Source: the human T2T-CHM13v2.0 reference genome, Homo sapiens
DNA: 64,000 nucleotides
Assembly (NCBI RefSeq): GCF_009914755.1
Contig: NC_060925.1
Direction: 5' to 3' (one strand)
The translations under genes were made by a program, and so were the position numbers. The notes under the pieces are model-generated. The model was not told the origin of the DNA. It made no database searches and saw only the letters and a list, made by a program, of their open reading frames with translations. Of the stretch, positions 29,201 through 43,538 are shown in pieces; positions within the stretch are counted from its first letter, which is position 1; the number at the start of each line of letters is the position of its first letter.

Positions 29201-32077
29201 TCGAATGGACCCGAATGGAATCATCTAATGGAATGGAATGGAATAATCCATGGACTCGAATGCAATCATCATCGAATGGAATCGAATGGAATCATCCAAT
29301 GGACTCGAATGGAATAATCATTGAACGGAATCGAATGGAATCATCATCGGATGGAAATGAATGGAATCATCATCGAATGGAATCGAATAGAATTATGGAA
29401 TGAAATCCAGTGTGATCATCATCGAATGGACCCGAATGGAATCATCATCCAACGGATGCTAATGGAATCAACATCGAATGAATCAAATGGAAACACCATC
29501 GAATTGAAACGAATGGAATTACCATGAAATTGAAATGGATGGACTCATCATCGAATGGATTTGAAAGGAATCATCGAATAAAATTGATTGAAATCATCAT
29601 CGAATGGAATCGAATGGTATCATTGAATGGAATCGAATGGAATCATCATCAGATGGAAATGAATGGAATCGTCATAGAATGGAATCGAATGGATTCATTG
29701 AATGGAATCAGATGGAATCATCGAATGGACTGGAATGGAATCATTGAATGGACTCGAAAGAGATCATGATTGAATGGAATTGAATGGAATCATCGAATGG
29801 TCTCGATTGGAATCATTATCAAATGGAATCGAATGGAATCACCGAATAGAATCGAATGGAACAATCATCGAATGGACTCAAATGGAATTATCCTCCAATG
29901 GAATCGAATGGAATTATCGAATGCAATCGAATGGAATTATCGAATGCAAACGAATAGAATCATCGAATGGACTCGAATGGAATCATCGAATGGAATGGAA
30001 TGGAACAGTCAATGAACTCGAATGGAATCATCATTGAATGGAATCGAATGGAATCATCGAGTGGAATCGAATGGAATTATGATCAAATGGAATCGAATGT
30101 AATCATCATCAAATGGAATCAAAAATAACCATCATCAATTGGTATTGAATGGAATTGTCATCAAATGGAATTCAAAGGAAACATCATCAAATGGAACCGA
30201 ATGGAATCCTCATTGAATGGAAATGAAAGGGGTCATCATCTAATGGAATCGCATGGAATCATCATCAAATGGAATCGAACGGAATCATCATGAAATGGAA
30301 TCTAATGGAATCATTGAACAGAATTGAATGGAATCGTCATCGAATGAATTGAATGCAATCATCGAATGGTCTCGAATGGAACCATCTTCTAATGGAAAGG
30401 AATGGAATCATCGCATAGAATCGAATGGAATTATCATCGAATGGAATCGAATGGTATCAACACCAAACGGAAAAAAACGGAATTATCGAATGGAATCGAA
30501 GAGAATCTTCGAACGGACCCGAATGGAATCATCTAATGGAATGGAATGGAATAATCCATGGACTCGAATGCAATGATCATCGAATGGAATCGAATGGAAT
30601 CATCGAATGGACTCGAATGGAATAATCATTGAACGGAATCGAATGGAATCATCATCGGATGGAAATGAAAGGAGTCATCATCTAATGGAATTGCATGGAA
30701 TCATCATAAAATGGAATCGAATGGAATCAACATCAAATGGAATCAAATGGAATCATTGAACGGAATTGAATGGAATCGTCATCGAATGAATTGAATGCAA
30801 TCATCGAATGGTCTCGAATGGAATCATCTTCAAATGGAATGGAATGGAATCATCGCATAGAATCGAATGGAATTATCATCGAATGGAATCGAATGGAATC
30901 AACATCAAACGGAAAAAAACGGAATTATCGAATGGAATCGAAGAGAATCATCGAATGGACCCGAATGGAATCATCTAATGGAATGGAATGGAATAATCCA
31001 TGGACTCGAATGCAATCATCATCGAATGGAATCGAATGGAATCATCCAATGGACTCGAATGGAATAATCATTGAACGGAATCGAATGGAATCATCATCGG
31101 ATGGAAATGAATGGAATCATCATCGAATGGAATCGAATAGAATTATGGAATGAAATCCAGTGTGATCATCATCGAATGGACCCGAATGGAATCATCATCC
31201 AACGGATGCTAATGGAATCAACATCGAATGAATCAAATGGAAACACCATCGAATTGAAACGAATGGAATTACCATGAAATTGAAATGGATGGACTCATCA
31301 TCGAATGGATTTGAAAGGAATCATCGAATAAAATTGATTGAAATCATCATCGAATGGAATCGAATGGTATCATTGAATGGAATCGAATGGAATCATCATC
31401 AGATGGAAATGAATGGAATCGTCATAGAATGGAATCGAATGGATTCATTGAATGGAATCAGATGGAATCATCGAATGGACTGGAATGGAATCATTGAATG
31501 GACTCGAAAGAGATCATGATTGAATGGAATTGAATGGAATCATCGAATGGTCTCGATTGGAATCATTATCAAATGGAATCGAATGGAATCACCGAATAGA
31601 ATCGAATGGAACAATCATCGAATGGACTCAAATGGAATTATCCTCCAATGGAATCGAATGGAATTATCGAATGCAATCGAATGGAATTATCGAATGCAAT
31701 CGAATAGAATCATCGAATGGACTCGAATGGAATCATCGAATGGAATGGAATGGAACAGTCAATGAACTCGAATGGAATCATCATTGAATGGAATCGAATG
31801 GAATCATCGAGTGGAATCGAATGGAATTATGATCAAATGGAATCGAATGTAATCATCATCAAATGGAATCAAAAATAACCATCATCAATTGGTATTGAAT
31901 GGAATTGTCATCAAATGGAATTCAAAGGAAACATCATCAAATGGAACCGAATGGAATCCTCATTGAATGGAAATGAAAGGGGTCATCATCTAATGGAATC
32001 GCATGGAATCATCATCAAATGGAATCGAATGGAATCATCATCAAATGAAATCTAATGGAATCATTGAACAGAATTGA
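23276..32077 (+). repeat. Two 1776 bp units followed by three 1750 bp units
   Basis: Unit starts at 23276, 25052, 26828, 28578 and 30328. Confidence 0.92.
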
Positions 32078-35000
32078 ATGGAATCGTCATCGAATGAATT
32101 GAATGCAATCATCGAATGGTCTCGAAAGGAACCATCTTCTAATGGAAAGGAATGGAATCATCGCATAGAATCGAATGGAATTGTCATCGAATGGAATCGA
32201 ATGGTATCAACACCAAACGGAAAAAAACGGAATTATCGAATGGAATCGAAGAGAATCTTCGAACGGACCCGAATGGAATCATCTAATGGAATGGAATGGA
32301 ATAATCCATGGACTCGAATGCAATCATCATCGAATGGAATCGAATGGAATCATCGAATGGACTCGAATGGAATAATCATTGAACGGAATCGAATGGAATC
32401 ATCATCGGATGGAAACGAATGGAATCATCATCGAATGGAAATGAAAGGAGTCATCATCTAATGGAATTGCATGGAATCATCATAAAATGGAATCGAATGG
32501 AATCAACATCAAATGGAATCAAATGGAATCATTGAACGGAATTGAATGGAATCGTCATCGAATGAATTGACTGCAATCATCGAATGGTCTCGAATGGAAT
32601 CATCTTCAAATGGAATGGAATGGAATCATTGCATAGAATCGAATGGAATTATCATCGAATGGAATCGAATGGAATCAACATCAAACGGAAAAAAACGGAA
32701 TTATCGAATGGAATCGAAGAGAATCATCGAATGGACCCGAATGGAATCATCTAATGGAATGGAATGGAATAATCCATGGACTCGAATGCAATCATCATCG
32801 AATGGAATCGAATGGAATCATCGAATGGACTCGAATGGAATAATCATTGAACGGAATCGAATGGAATCATCATCGGATGGAAATGAAAGGAGTCATCATC
32901 TAATGGAATTGCATGGAATCATCATAAAATGGAATCGAATGGAATCAACATCAAATGGAATCAAATGGAATCATTGAACGGAATTGAATGGAATCGTCAT
33001 CGAATGAATTGAATGCAATCATCGAATGGTCTCGAATGGAATCATCTTCAAATGGAACGGAATGGAATCATCGCATAGAATCGAATGGAATTATCATCGA
33101 ATGGAATCGAATGGAATCAACATCAAACGGAAAAAAACGGAATTATCGAATGGAATCGAAGAGAATCATCGAATTTACCCGAATGGAATCATCTAATGGA
33201 ATGGAATGGAATAATCCATGGACTCGAATGCAATCATCATCGAATGGAATCAAATGGAATCATCGAATGGACTCGAATGGAATAATCATTGAACGGAATC
33301 GAATGGAATCATCATCGGATGGAAATGAATGGAATCATCATCGAATGGAATCGAATAGAATTATGGAATGAAATCCAGTGTGATCATCATCGAATGGACC
33401 CGAATGGAATCATCATCCAACGGATGCTAATGGAATCAACATCGAATGAATCAAATGGAAACACCATCGAATTGAAACGAATGGAATTACCATGAAATTG
33501 AAATGGATGGACTCATCATCGAATGTATTCGAAAGGAATCATCGAATAAAATTGATTGAAATCATCATCGAATGGAATCGAATGGTATCATTGAATGGAA
33601 TCGAATGGAATCATCATCAGATGGAAATGAATGGAATCGTCATAGAATGGAATCGAATGGATTCATTGAATGGAATCAGATGGAATCATCGAATGGACTG
33701 GAATGGAATCATTGAATGGACTCGAAAGAGATCATGATTGAATGGAATTGAATGGAATCATCGAATGGTCTCGATTGGAATCATTATCAAATGGAATCGA
33801 ATGGAATCACCGAATAGAATCGAATGGAACAATCATCGAATGGACTCAAATGGAATTATCCTCCAATGGAATCGAATGGAATTATCGAATGCAATCGAAT
33901 GGAATTATCGAATGCAATCGAATAGAATCATCGAATGGACTCGAATGGAATCATCGAATGGAATGGAATGGAACAGTCAATGAACTCGAATGGAATCATC
34001 ATTGAATGGAATCGAATGGAATCATCGAGTGGAATCGAATGGAATTATGATCAAATGGAATCGAATGTAATCATCATCAAATGGAATCAAAAATAACCAT
34101 CATCAATTGGTATTGAATGGAATTGTCATCAAATGGAATTCAAAGGAAACATCATCAAATGGAACCGAATGGAATCCTCATTGAATGGAAATGAAAGGGG
34201 TCATCATCTAATGGAATCGCATGGAATCATCATCAAATGGAATCGAATGGAATCATCATGAAATGGAATCTAATGGAATCATTGAACAGAATTGAATGGA
34301 ATCGTCATCGAATGAATTGAATGCAATCATCGAATGGTCTCGAATGGAACCATCTTCTAATGGAAAGGAATGGAATCATCGCATAGAATCGAATGGAATT
34401 ATCATCGAATGGAATCGAATGGTATCAACACCAAACGGAAAAAAACGGAATTATCGAATGGAATCGAAGAGAATCTTCGAACGGACCCGAATGGAATCAT
34501 CTAATGGAATGGAATGGAATAATCCATGGACTCGAATGCAATCATCATCGAATGGAATCGAATGGAATCATCGAATGGACTCGAATGGAATAATCATTGA
34601 ACGGAATCGAATGGAATCATCATCGGATGGAAACGAATGGAATCATCATCGAATGGAAATGAAAGGAGTCATCATCTAATAGAATTGCATGGAATCATCA
34701 TAAAATGGAATCGAATGGAATCAACATCAAATGGAATCAAATGGAATCATTGAACGGAATTGAATGGAATCGTCATCGAATGAATTGACTGCAATCATCG
34801 AATGGTCTCGAATGGAATCATCTTCAAATGGAATGGAATGGAATCATCGCATAGAATCGAATGGAATTATCATCGAATGGAATCGAATGGAATCAACATC
34901 AAACGGAAAAAAACGGAATTATCGAATGGAATCGAAGAGAATCATCGAATGGACCCGAATGGAATCATCTAATGGAATGGAATGGAATAATCCATGGACT

Positions 35001-38000
35001 CGAATGCAATCATCATCGAATGGAATCGAATGGAATCATCGAATGGACTCGAATGGAATAATCATTGAACGGAATCGAATGGAATCATCATCGGATGGAA
35101 ATGAAAGGAGTCATCATCTAATGGAATTGCATGGAATCATCATAAAATGGAATCGAATGGAATCAACATCAAATGGAATCAAATGGAATCATTGAACGGA
35201 ATTGAATGGAATCGTCATCGAATGAATTGAATGCAATCATCGAATGGTCTCGAATGGAATCATCTTCAAATGGAATGGAATGGAATCATCGCATAGAATC
35301 GAATGGAATTATCATCGAATGGAATCGAATGGAATCAACATCAAACGGAAAAAAACGGAATTATCGAATGGAATCGAAGAGAATCATCGAATGGACCCGA
35401 ATGGAATCATCTAATGGAATGGAATGGAATAATCCATGGACTCGAATGCAATCATCATCGAATGGAATCAAATGGAATCATCGAATGGACTCGAATGGAA
35501 TAATCATTGAACGGAATCGAATGGAATCATCATCGGATGGAAATGAATGGAATCATCATCGAATGGAATCGAATAGAATTATGGAATGAAATCCAGTGTG
35601 ATCATCATCGAATGGACCCGAATGGAATCATCATCCAACGGATGCTAATGGAATCAACATCGAATGAATCAAATGGAAACACCATCGAATTGAAACGAAT
35701 GGAATTACCATGAAATTGAAATGGATGGACTCATCATCGAATGTATTCAAAAGGAATCATCGAATAAAATTGATTGAAATCATCATCGAATGGAATCGAA
35801 TGGTATCATTGAATGGAATCGAATGGAATCATCATCAGATGGAAATGAATGGAATCGTCATAGAATGGAATCGAATGGATTCATTGAATGGAATCAGATG
35901 GAATCATCGAATGGACTGGAATGGAATCATTGAATGGACTCGAAAGAGATCATGATTGAATGGAATTGAATGGAATCATCGAATGGTCTCGATTTGAATC
36001 ATTATCAAATGGAATCGAATGGAATCACCGAATAGAATCGAATGGAACAATCATCGAATGGACTCAAATGGAATTATCCTCCAATGGAATCGAATGGAAT
36101 TATCGAATGCAATCGAATGGAATTATCGAATGCAATCGAATAGAATCATCGAATGGACTCGAATGGAATCATCGAATGGAATGGAATGGAACAGTCAATG
36201 AACTCGAATGGAATCATCATTGAATGGAATCGAATGGAATCATCGAGTGGAATCGAATGGAATTATGATCAAATGGAATCGAATGTAATCATCATCAAAT
36301 GGAATCAAAAATAACCATCATCAATTGGTATTGAATGGAATTGTCATCAAATGGAATTCAAAGGAAACATCATCAAATGGAACCGAATGGAATCCTCATT
36401 GAATGGAAATGAAAGGGGTCATCATCTAATGGAATCGCATGGAATCATCATCAAATGGAATCGAATGGAATCATCATCAAATGAAATCTAATGGAATCAT
36501 TGAACAGAATTGAATGGAATCGTCATCGAATGAATTGAATGCAATCATCGAATGGTCTCGAATGGAACCAACTTCTAATGGAAAGGAATGGAATCATCGC
36601 ATAGAATCGAATGGAATTGTCATCGAATGGAATCGAATGGTATCAACACCAAACGGAAAAAAACGGAATTATCGAATGGAATCGAAGAGAATCTTCGAAC
36701 GGACCCGAATGGAATCATCTAATGGAATGGAATGGAATAATCCATGGACTCGAATGCAATCATCATCGAATGGAATCGAATGGAATCATCGAATGGACTC
36801 GAATGAAATAATCATTGAACGGAATCGAATGGAATCATCATCGGATGGAAACGAATGGAATCATCATCGAATGGAAATGAAAGGAGTCATCATCTAATGG
36901 AATTGCATGGAATCATCATAAAATGGAATCGAATGGAATCAACATCAAATGGAATCAAATGGAATCATTGAACGGAATTGAATGGAATCGTCATCGAATG
37001 AATTGAATGCAATCATCGAATGGTCTCGAATGGAATCATCTTCAAATGGAATGGAATGGAATCATCGCATAGAATCGAATGGAATTATCATCGAATGGAA
37101 TCGAATGGAATCAACATCAAACGGAAAAAAACGGAATTATCGAATGGAATCGAAGAGAATCATCGAATGGACCCGAATGGAATCATCTAATGGAATGGAA
37201 TGGAATAATCCATGGACTCGAATGCAATCATCATCGAATGGAATCGAATGGAATCATCCAATGGACTCGAATGGAATAATCATTGAACGGAATCGAATGG
37301 AATCATCATCGTATGGAAATGAATGGAATCATCATCGAATGGAATCGAATAGAATTATGGAATGAAATCCAGTGTGATCATCATCGAATGGACCCGAATG
37401 GAATCATCATCCAACGGATGCTAATGGAATCAACATCGAATGAATCAAATGGAAACACCATCGAATTGAAACGAATGGAATTACCATGAAATTGAAATGG
37501 ATGGACTCATCATCGAATGGATTTGAAAGGAATCATCGAATAAAATTGATTGAAATCATCATCGAATGGAATCGAATGGTATCATTGAATGGAATCGAAT
37601 GGAATCATCATCAGATGGAAATGAATGGAATCGTCATAGAATGGAATCGAATGGATTCATTGAATGGAATCAGATGGAATCATCGAATGGACTGGAATGG
37701 AATCATTGAATGGACTCGAAAGAGATCATGATTGAATGGAATTGAATGGAATCATCGAATGGTCTCGATTGGAATCATTATCAAATGGAATCGAATGGAA
37801 TCACCGAATAGAATCGAATGGAACAATCATCGAATGGACTCAAATGGAATTATCCTCCAATGGAATCGAATGGAATTATCGAATGCAATCGAATGGAATT
37901 ATCGAATGCAATCGAATAGAATCATCGAATGGACTCGAATGGAATCATCGAATGGAATGGAATGGAACAGTCAATGAACTCGAATGGAATCATCATTGAA

Positions 38001-41000
38001 TGGAATCGAATGGAATCATCGAGTGGAATCGAATGGAATTATGATCAAATGGAATCGAATGTAATCATCATCAAATGGAATCAAAAATAACCATCATCAA
38101 TTGGTATTGAATGGAATTGTCATCAAATGGAATTCAAAGGAAACATCATCAAATGGAACCGAATGGAATCCTCATTGAATGGAAATGAAAGGGGTCATCA
38201 TCTAATGGAATCGCATGGAATCATCATCAAATGGAATCGAATGGAATCATCATCAAATGGAATCTAATGGAATCATTGAACAGAATTGAATGGAATCGTC
38301 ATCGAATGAATTGAATGCAATCATCGAATGGTCTCGAATGGAACCATCTTCTAATGGAAAGGAATGGAATCATCGCATAGAATCGAATGGAATTATCATC
38401 GAATGGAATCGAATGGTATCAACACCAAACGGAAAAAAACGGAATTATCGAATGGAATCGAAGAGAATCTTCGAACGGACCCGAATGGAATCATCTAATG
38501 GAATGGAATGGAATAATCCATGGACTCGAATGCAATGATCATCGAATGGAATCGAATGGAATCATCGAATGGACTCGAATGAAATAATCATTGAACGGAA
38601 TCGAATGGAATCATCATCGGATGGAAATGAAAGGAGTCATCATCTAATGGAATTGCATGGAATCATCATAAAATGGAATCGAATGGAATCAACATCAAAT
38701 GGAATCAAATGGAATCATTGAACGGAATTGAATGGAATCGTCATCGAATGAATTGAATGCAATCATCGAATGGTCTCGAATGGAATCATCTTCAAATGGA
38801 ATGGAATGGAATCATCGCATAGAATCGAATGGAATTATCATCGAATGGAATCGAATGGAATCAACATCAAACGGAAAAAAACGGAATTATCGAATGGAAT
38901 CAAAGAGAATCATCGAATGGACCCGAATGGAATCATCTAATGGAATGGAATGGAATAATCCATGGACTCGAATGCAATCATCATCGAATGGAATCGAATG
39001 GAATCATCCAATGGACTCGAATGGAATAATCATTGAACGGAATCGAATGGAATCAACATCGGATGGAAATGAATGGAATCATCATCGAATGGAATCGAAT
39101 AGAATTATGGAATGAAATCCAGTGTGATCATCATCGAATGGACCCGAAAGGAATCATCATCCAACGGATGCTAATGGAATCAACATCGAATGAATCAAAT
39201 GGAAACACCATCGAATTGAAACGAATGGAATTACCATGAAATTGAAATGGATGGACTCATCATCGAATGGATTTGAAAGGAATCATCGAATAAAATTGAT
39301 TGAAATCATCATCGAATGGAATCGAATGGTATCATTGAATGGAATCGAATGGAATCATCATCAGATGGAAATGAATGGAATCGTCATAGAATGGAATCGA
39401 ATGGATTCATTGAATGGAATCAGATGGAATCATCGAATGGACTGGAATGGAATCATTGAATGGACTCGAAAGAGATCATGATTGAATGGAATTGAATGGA
39501 ATCATCGAATGGTCTCGATTGGAATCATTATCAAATGGAATCGAATGGAATCACCGAATAGAATCGAATGGAACAATCATCGAATGGACTCAAATGGAAT
39601 TATCCTCCAATGGAATCGAATGGAATTATCGAATGCAATCGAATGGAATTATCGAATGCAATCGAATAGAATCATCGAATGGACTCGAATGGAATCATCG
39701 AATGGAATGGAATGGAACAGTCAATGAACTCGAATGGAATCATCATTGAATGGAATCGAATGGAATCATCGAGTGGAATCGAATGGAATTATGATCAAAT
39801 GGAATCGAATGTAATCATCATCAAATGGAATCAAAAATAACCATCATCAATTGGTATTGAATGGAATTGTCATCAAATGGAATTCAAAGGAAACATCATC
39901 AAATGGAACCGAATGGAATCCTCATTGAATGGAAATGAAAGGGGTCATCATCTAATGGAATCGCATGGAATCATCATCAAATGGAATCGAATGGAATCAT
40001 CATCAAATGGAATCTAATGGAATCATTGAACAGAATTGAATGGAATCGTCATCGAATGAATTGAATGCAATCATCGAATGGTCTCGAATGGAACCATCTT
40101 CTAATGGAAAGGAATGGAATCATCGCATAGAATCGAATGGAATTATCATCGAATGGAATCGAATGGTATCAACACCAAACGGAAAAAAACGGAATTATCG
40201 AATGGAATCGAAGAGAATCTTCGAACGGACCCGAATGGAATCATCTAATGGAATGGAATGGAATAATCCATGGACTCGAATGCAATCATCATCGAATGGA
40301 ATCGAATGGAATCATCGAATGGACTCGAATGAAATAATCATTGAACGGAATCGAATGGAATCATCATCGGATGGAAATGAAAGGAGTCATCATCTAATGG
40401 AATTGCATGGAATCATCATAAAATGGAATCGAATGGAATCAACATCAAATGGAATCAAATGGAATCATTGAACGGAATTGAATGGAATCGTCATCGAATG
40501 AATTGAATGCAATCATCGAATGGTCTCGAATGGAATCATCTTCAAATGGAATGGAATGGAATCATCGCATAGAATCGAATGGAATTATCATCGAATGGAA
40601 TCGAATGGAATCAACATCAAACGGAAAAAAACGGAATTATCGAATGGAATCGAAGAGAATCATCGAATGGACCCGAATGGAATCATCTAATGGAATGGAA
40701 TGGAATAATCCATGGACTCGAATGCAATCATCATCGAATGGAATCGAATGGAATCATCCAATGGACTCGAATGGAATAATCATTGAACGGAATCGAATGG
40801 AATCATCATCGGATGGAAATGAATGGAATCATCATCGAATGGAATCGAATAGAATTATGGAATGAAATCCAGTGTGATCATCATCGAATGGACCCGAATG
40901 GAATCATCATCCAACGGATGCTAATGGAATCAACATCGAATGAATCAAATGGAAACACCATCGAATTGAAACGAATGGAATTACCATGAAATTGAAATGG

Positions 41001-43538
41001 ATGGACTCATCATCGAATGGATTTGAAAGGAATCATCGAATAAAATTGATTGAAATCATCATCGAATGGAATCGAATGGTATCATTGAATGGAATCGAAT
41101 GGAATCATCATCAGATGGAAATGAATGGAATCGTCATAGAATGGAATCGAATGGATTCATTGAATGGAATCAGATGGAATCATCGAATGGACTGGAATGG
41201 AATCATTGAATGGACTCGAAAGAGATCATGATTGAATGGAATTGAATGGAATCATCGAATGGTCTCGATTGGAATCATTATCAAATGGAATCGAATGGAA
41301 TCACCGAATAGAATCGAATGGAACAATCATCGAATGGACTCAAATGGAATTATCCTCCAATGGAATCGAATGGAATTATCGAATGCAATCGAATGGAATT
41401 ATCGAATGCAAACGAATAGAATCATCGAATGGACTCGAATGGAATCATCGAATGGAATGGAATGGAACAGTCAATGAACTCGAATGGAATCATCATTGAA
41501 TGGAATCGAATGGAATCATCGAGTGGAATCGAATGGAATTATGATCAAATGGAATCGAATGTAATCATCATCAAATGGAATCAAAAATAACCATCATCAA
41601 TTGGTATTGAATGGAATTGTCATCAAATGGAATTCAAAGGAAACATCATCAAATGGAACCGAATGGAATCCTCATTGAATGGAAATGAAAGGGGTCATCA
41701 TCTAATGGAATCGCATGGAATCATCATCAAATGGAATCGAACGGAATCATCATGAAATGGAATCTAATGGAATCATTGAACAGAATTGAATGGAATCGTC
41801 ATCGAATGAATTGAATGCAATCATCGAATGGTCTCGAATGGAACCATCTTCTAATGGAAAGGAATGGAATCATCGCATAGAATCGAATGGAATTATCATC
41901 GAATGGAATCGAATGGTATCAACACCAAACGGAAAAAAACGGAATTATCGAATGGAATCGAAGAGAATCTTCGAACGGACCCGAATGGAATCATCTAATG
42001 GAATGGAATGGAATAATCCATGGACTCGAATGCAATGATCATCGAATGGAATCGAATGGAATCATCGAATGGACTCGAATGGAATAATCATTGAACGGAA
42101 TCGAATGGAATCATCATCGGATGGAAATGAAAGGAGTCATCATCTAATGGAATTGCATGGAATCATCATAAAATGGAATCGAATGGAATCAACATCAAAT
42201 GGAATCAAATGGAATCATTGAACGGAATTGAATGGAATCGTCATCGAATGAATTGAATGCAATCATCGAATGGTCTCGAATGGAATCATCTTCAAATGGA
42301 ATGGAATGGAATCATCGCATAGAATCGAATGGAATTATCATCGAATGGAATCGAATGGAATCAACATCAAACGGAAAAAAACGGAATTATCGAATGGAAT
42401 CGAAGAGAATCATCGAATGGACCCGAATGGAATCATCTAATGGAATGGAATGGAATAATCCATGGACTCGAATGCAATCATCATCGAATGGAATCGAATG
42501 GAATCATCCAATGGACTCGAATGGAATAATCATTGAACGGAATCGAATGGAATCATCATCGGATGGAAATGAATGGAATCATCATCGAATGGAATCGAAT
42601 AGAATTATGGAATGAAATCCAGTGTGATCATCATCGAATGGACCCGAATGGAATCATCATCCAACGGATGCTAATGGAATCAACATCGAATGAATCAAAT
42701 GGAAACACCATCGAATTGAAACGAATGGAATTACCATGAAATTGAAATGGATGGACTCATCATCGAATGGATTTGAAAGGAATCATCGAATAAAATTGAT
42801 TGAAATCATCATCGAATGGAATCGAATGGTATCATTGAATGGAATCGAATGGAATCATCATCAGATGGAAATGAATGGAATCGTCATAGAATGGAATCGA
42901 ATGGATTCATTGAATGGAATCAGATGGAATCATCGAATGGACTGGAATGGAATCATTGAATGGACTCGAAAGAGATCATGATTGAATGGAATTGAATGGA
43001 ATCATCGAATGGTCTCGATTGGAATCATTATCAAATGGAATCGAATGGAATCACCGAATAGAATCGAATGGAACAATCATCGAATGGACTCAAATGGAAT
43101 TATCCTCCAATGGAATCGAATGGAATTATCGAATGCAATCGAATGGAATTATCGAATGCAAACGAATAGAATCATCGAATGGACTCGAATGGAATCATCG
43201 AATGGAATGGAATGGAACAGTCAATGAACCGAATGGAATCATCATTGAATGGAATCGAATGGAATCATCGAGTGGAATCGAATGGAATTATGATCAAATG
43301 GAATCGAATGTAATCATCATCAAATGGAATCAAAAATAACCATCATCAATTGGTATTGAATGGAATTGTCATCAAATGGAATTCAAAGGAAACATCATCA
43401 AATGGAACCGAATGGAATCCTCATTGAATGGAAATGAAAGGGGTCATCATCTAATGGAATCGCATGGAATCATCATCAAATGGAATCGAATGGAATCATC
43501 ATGAAATGGAATCTAATGGAATCATTGAACAGAATTGA
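32078..43538 (+). repeat. Units of 2218, 2218, 1776, 1750, 1750 and 1749 bp
   Basis: Unit starts at 32078, 34296, 36514, 38290, 40040 and 41790; the next is at 43539. Confidence 0.92.
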
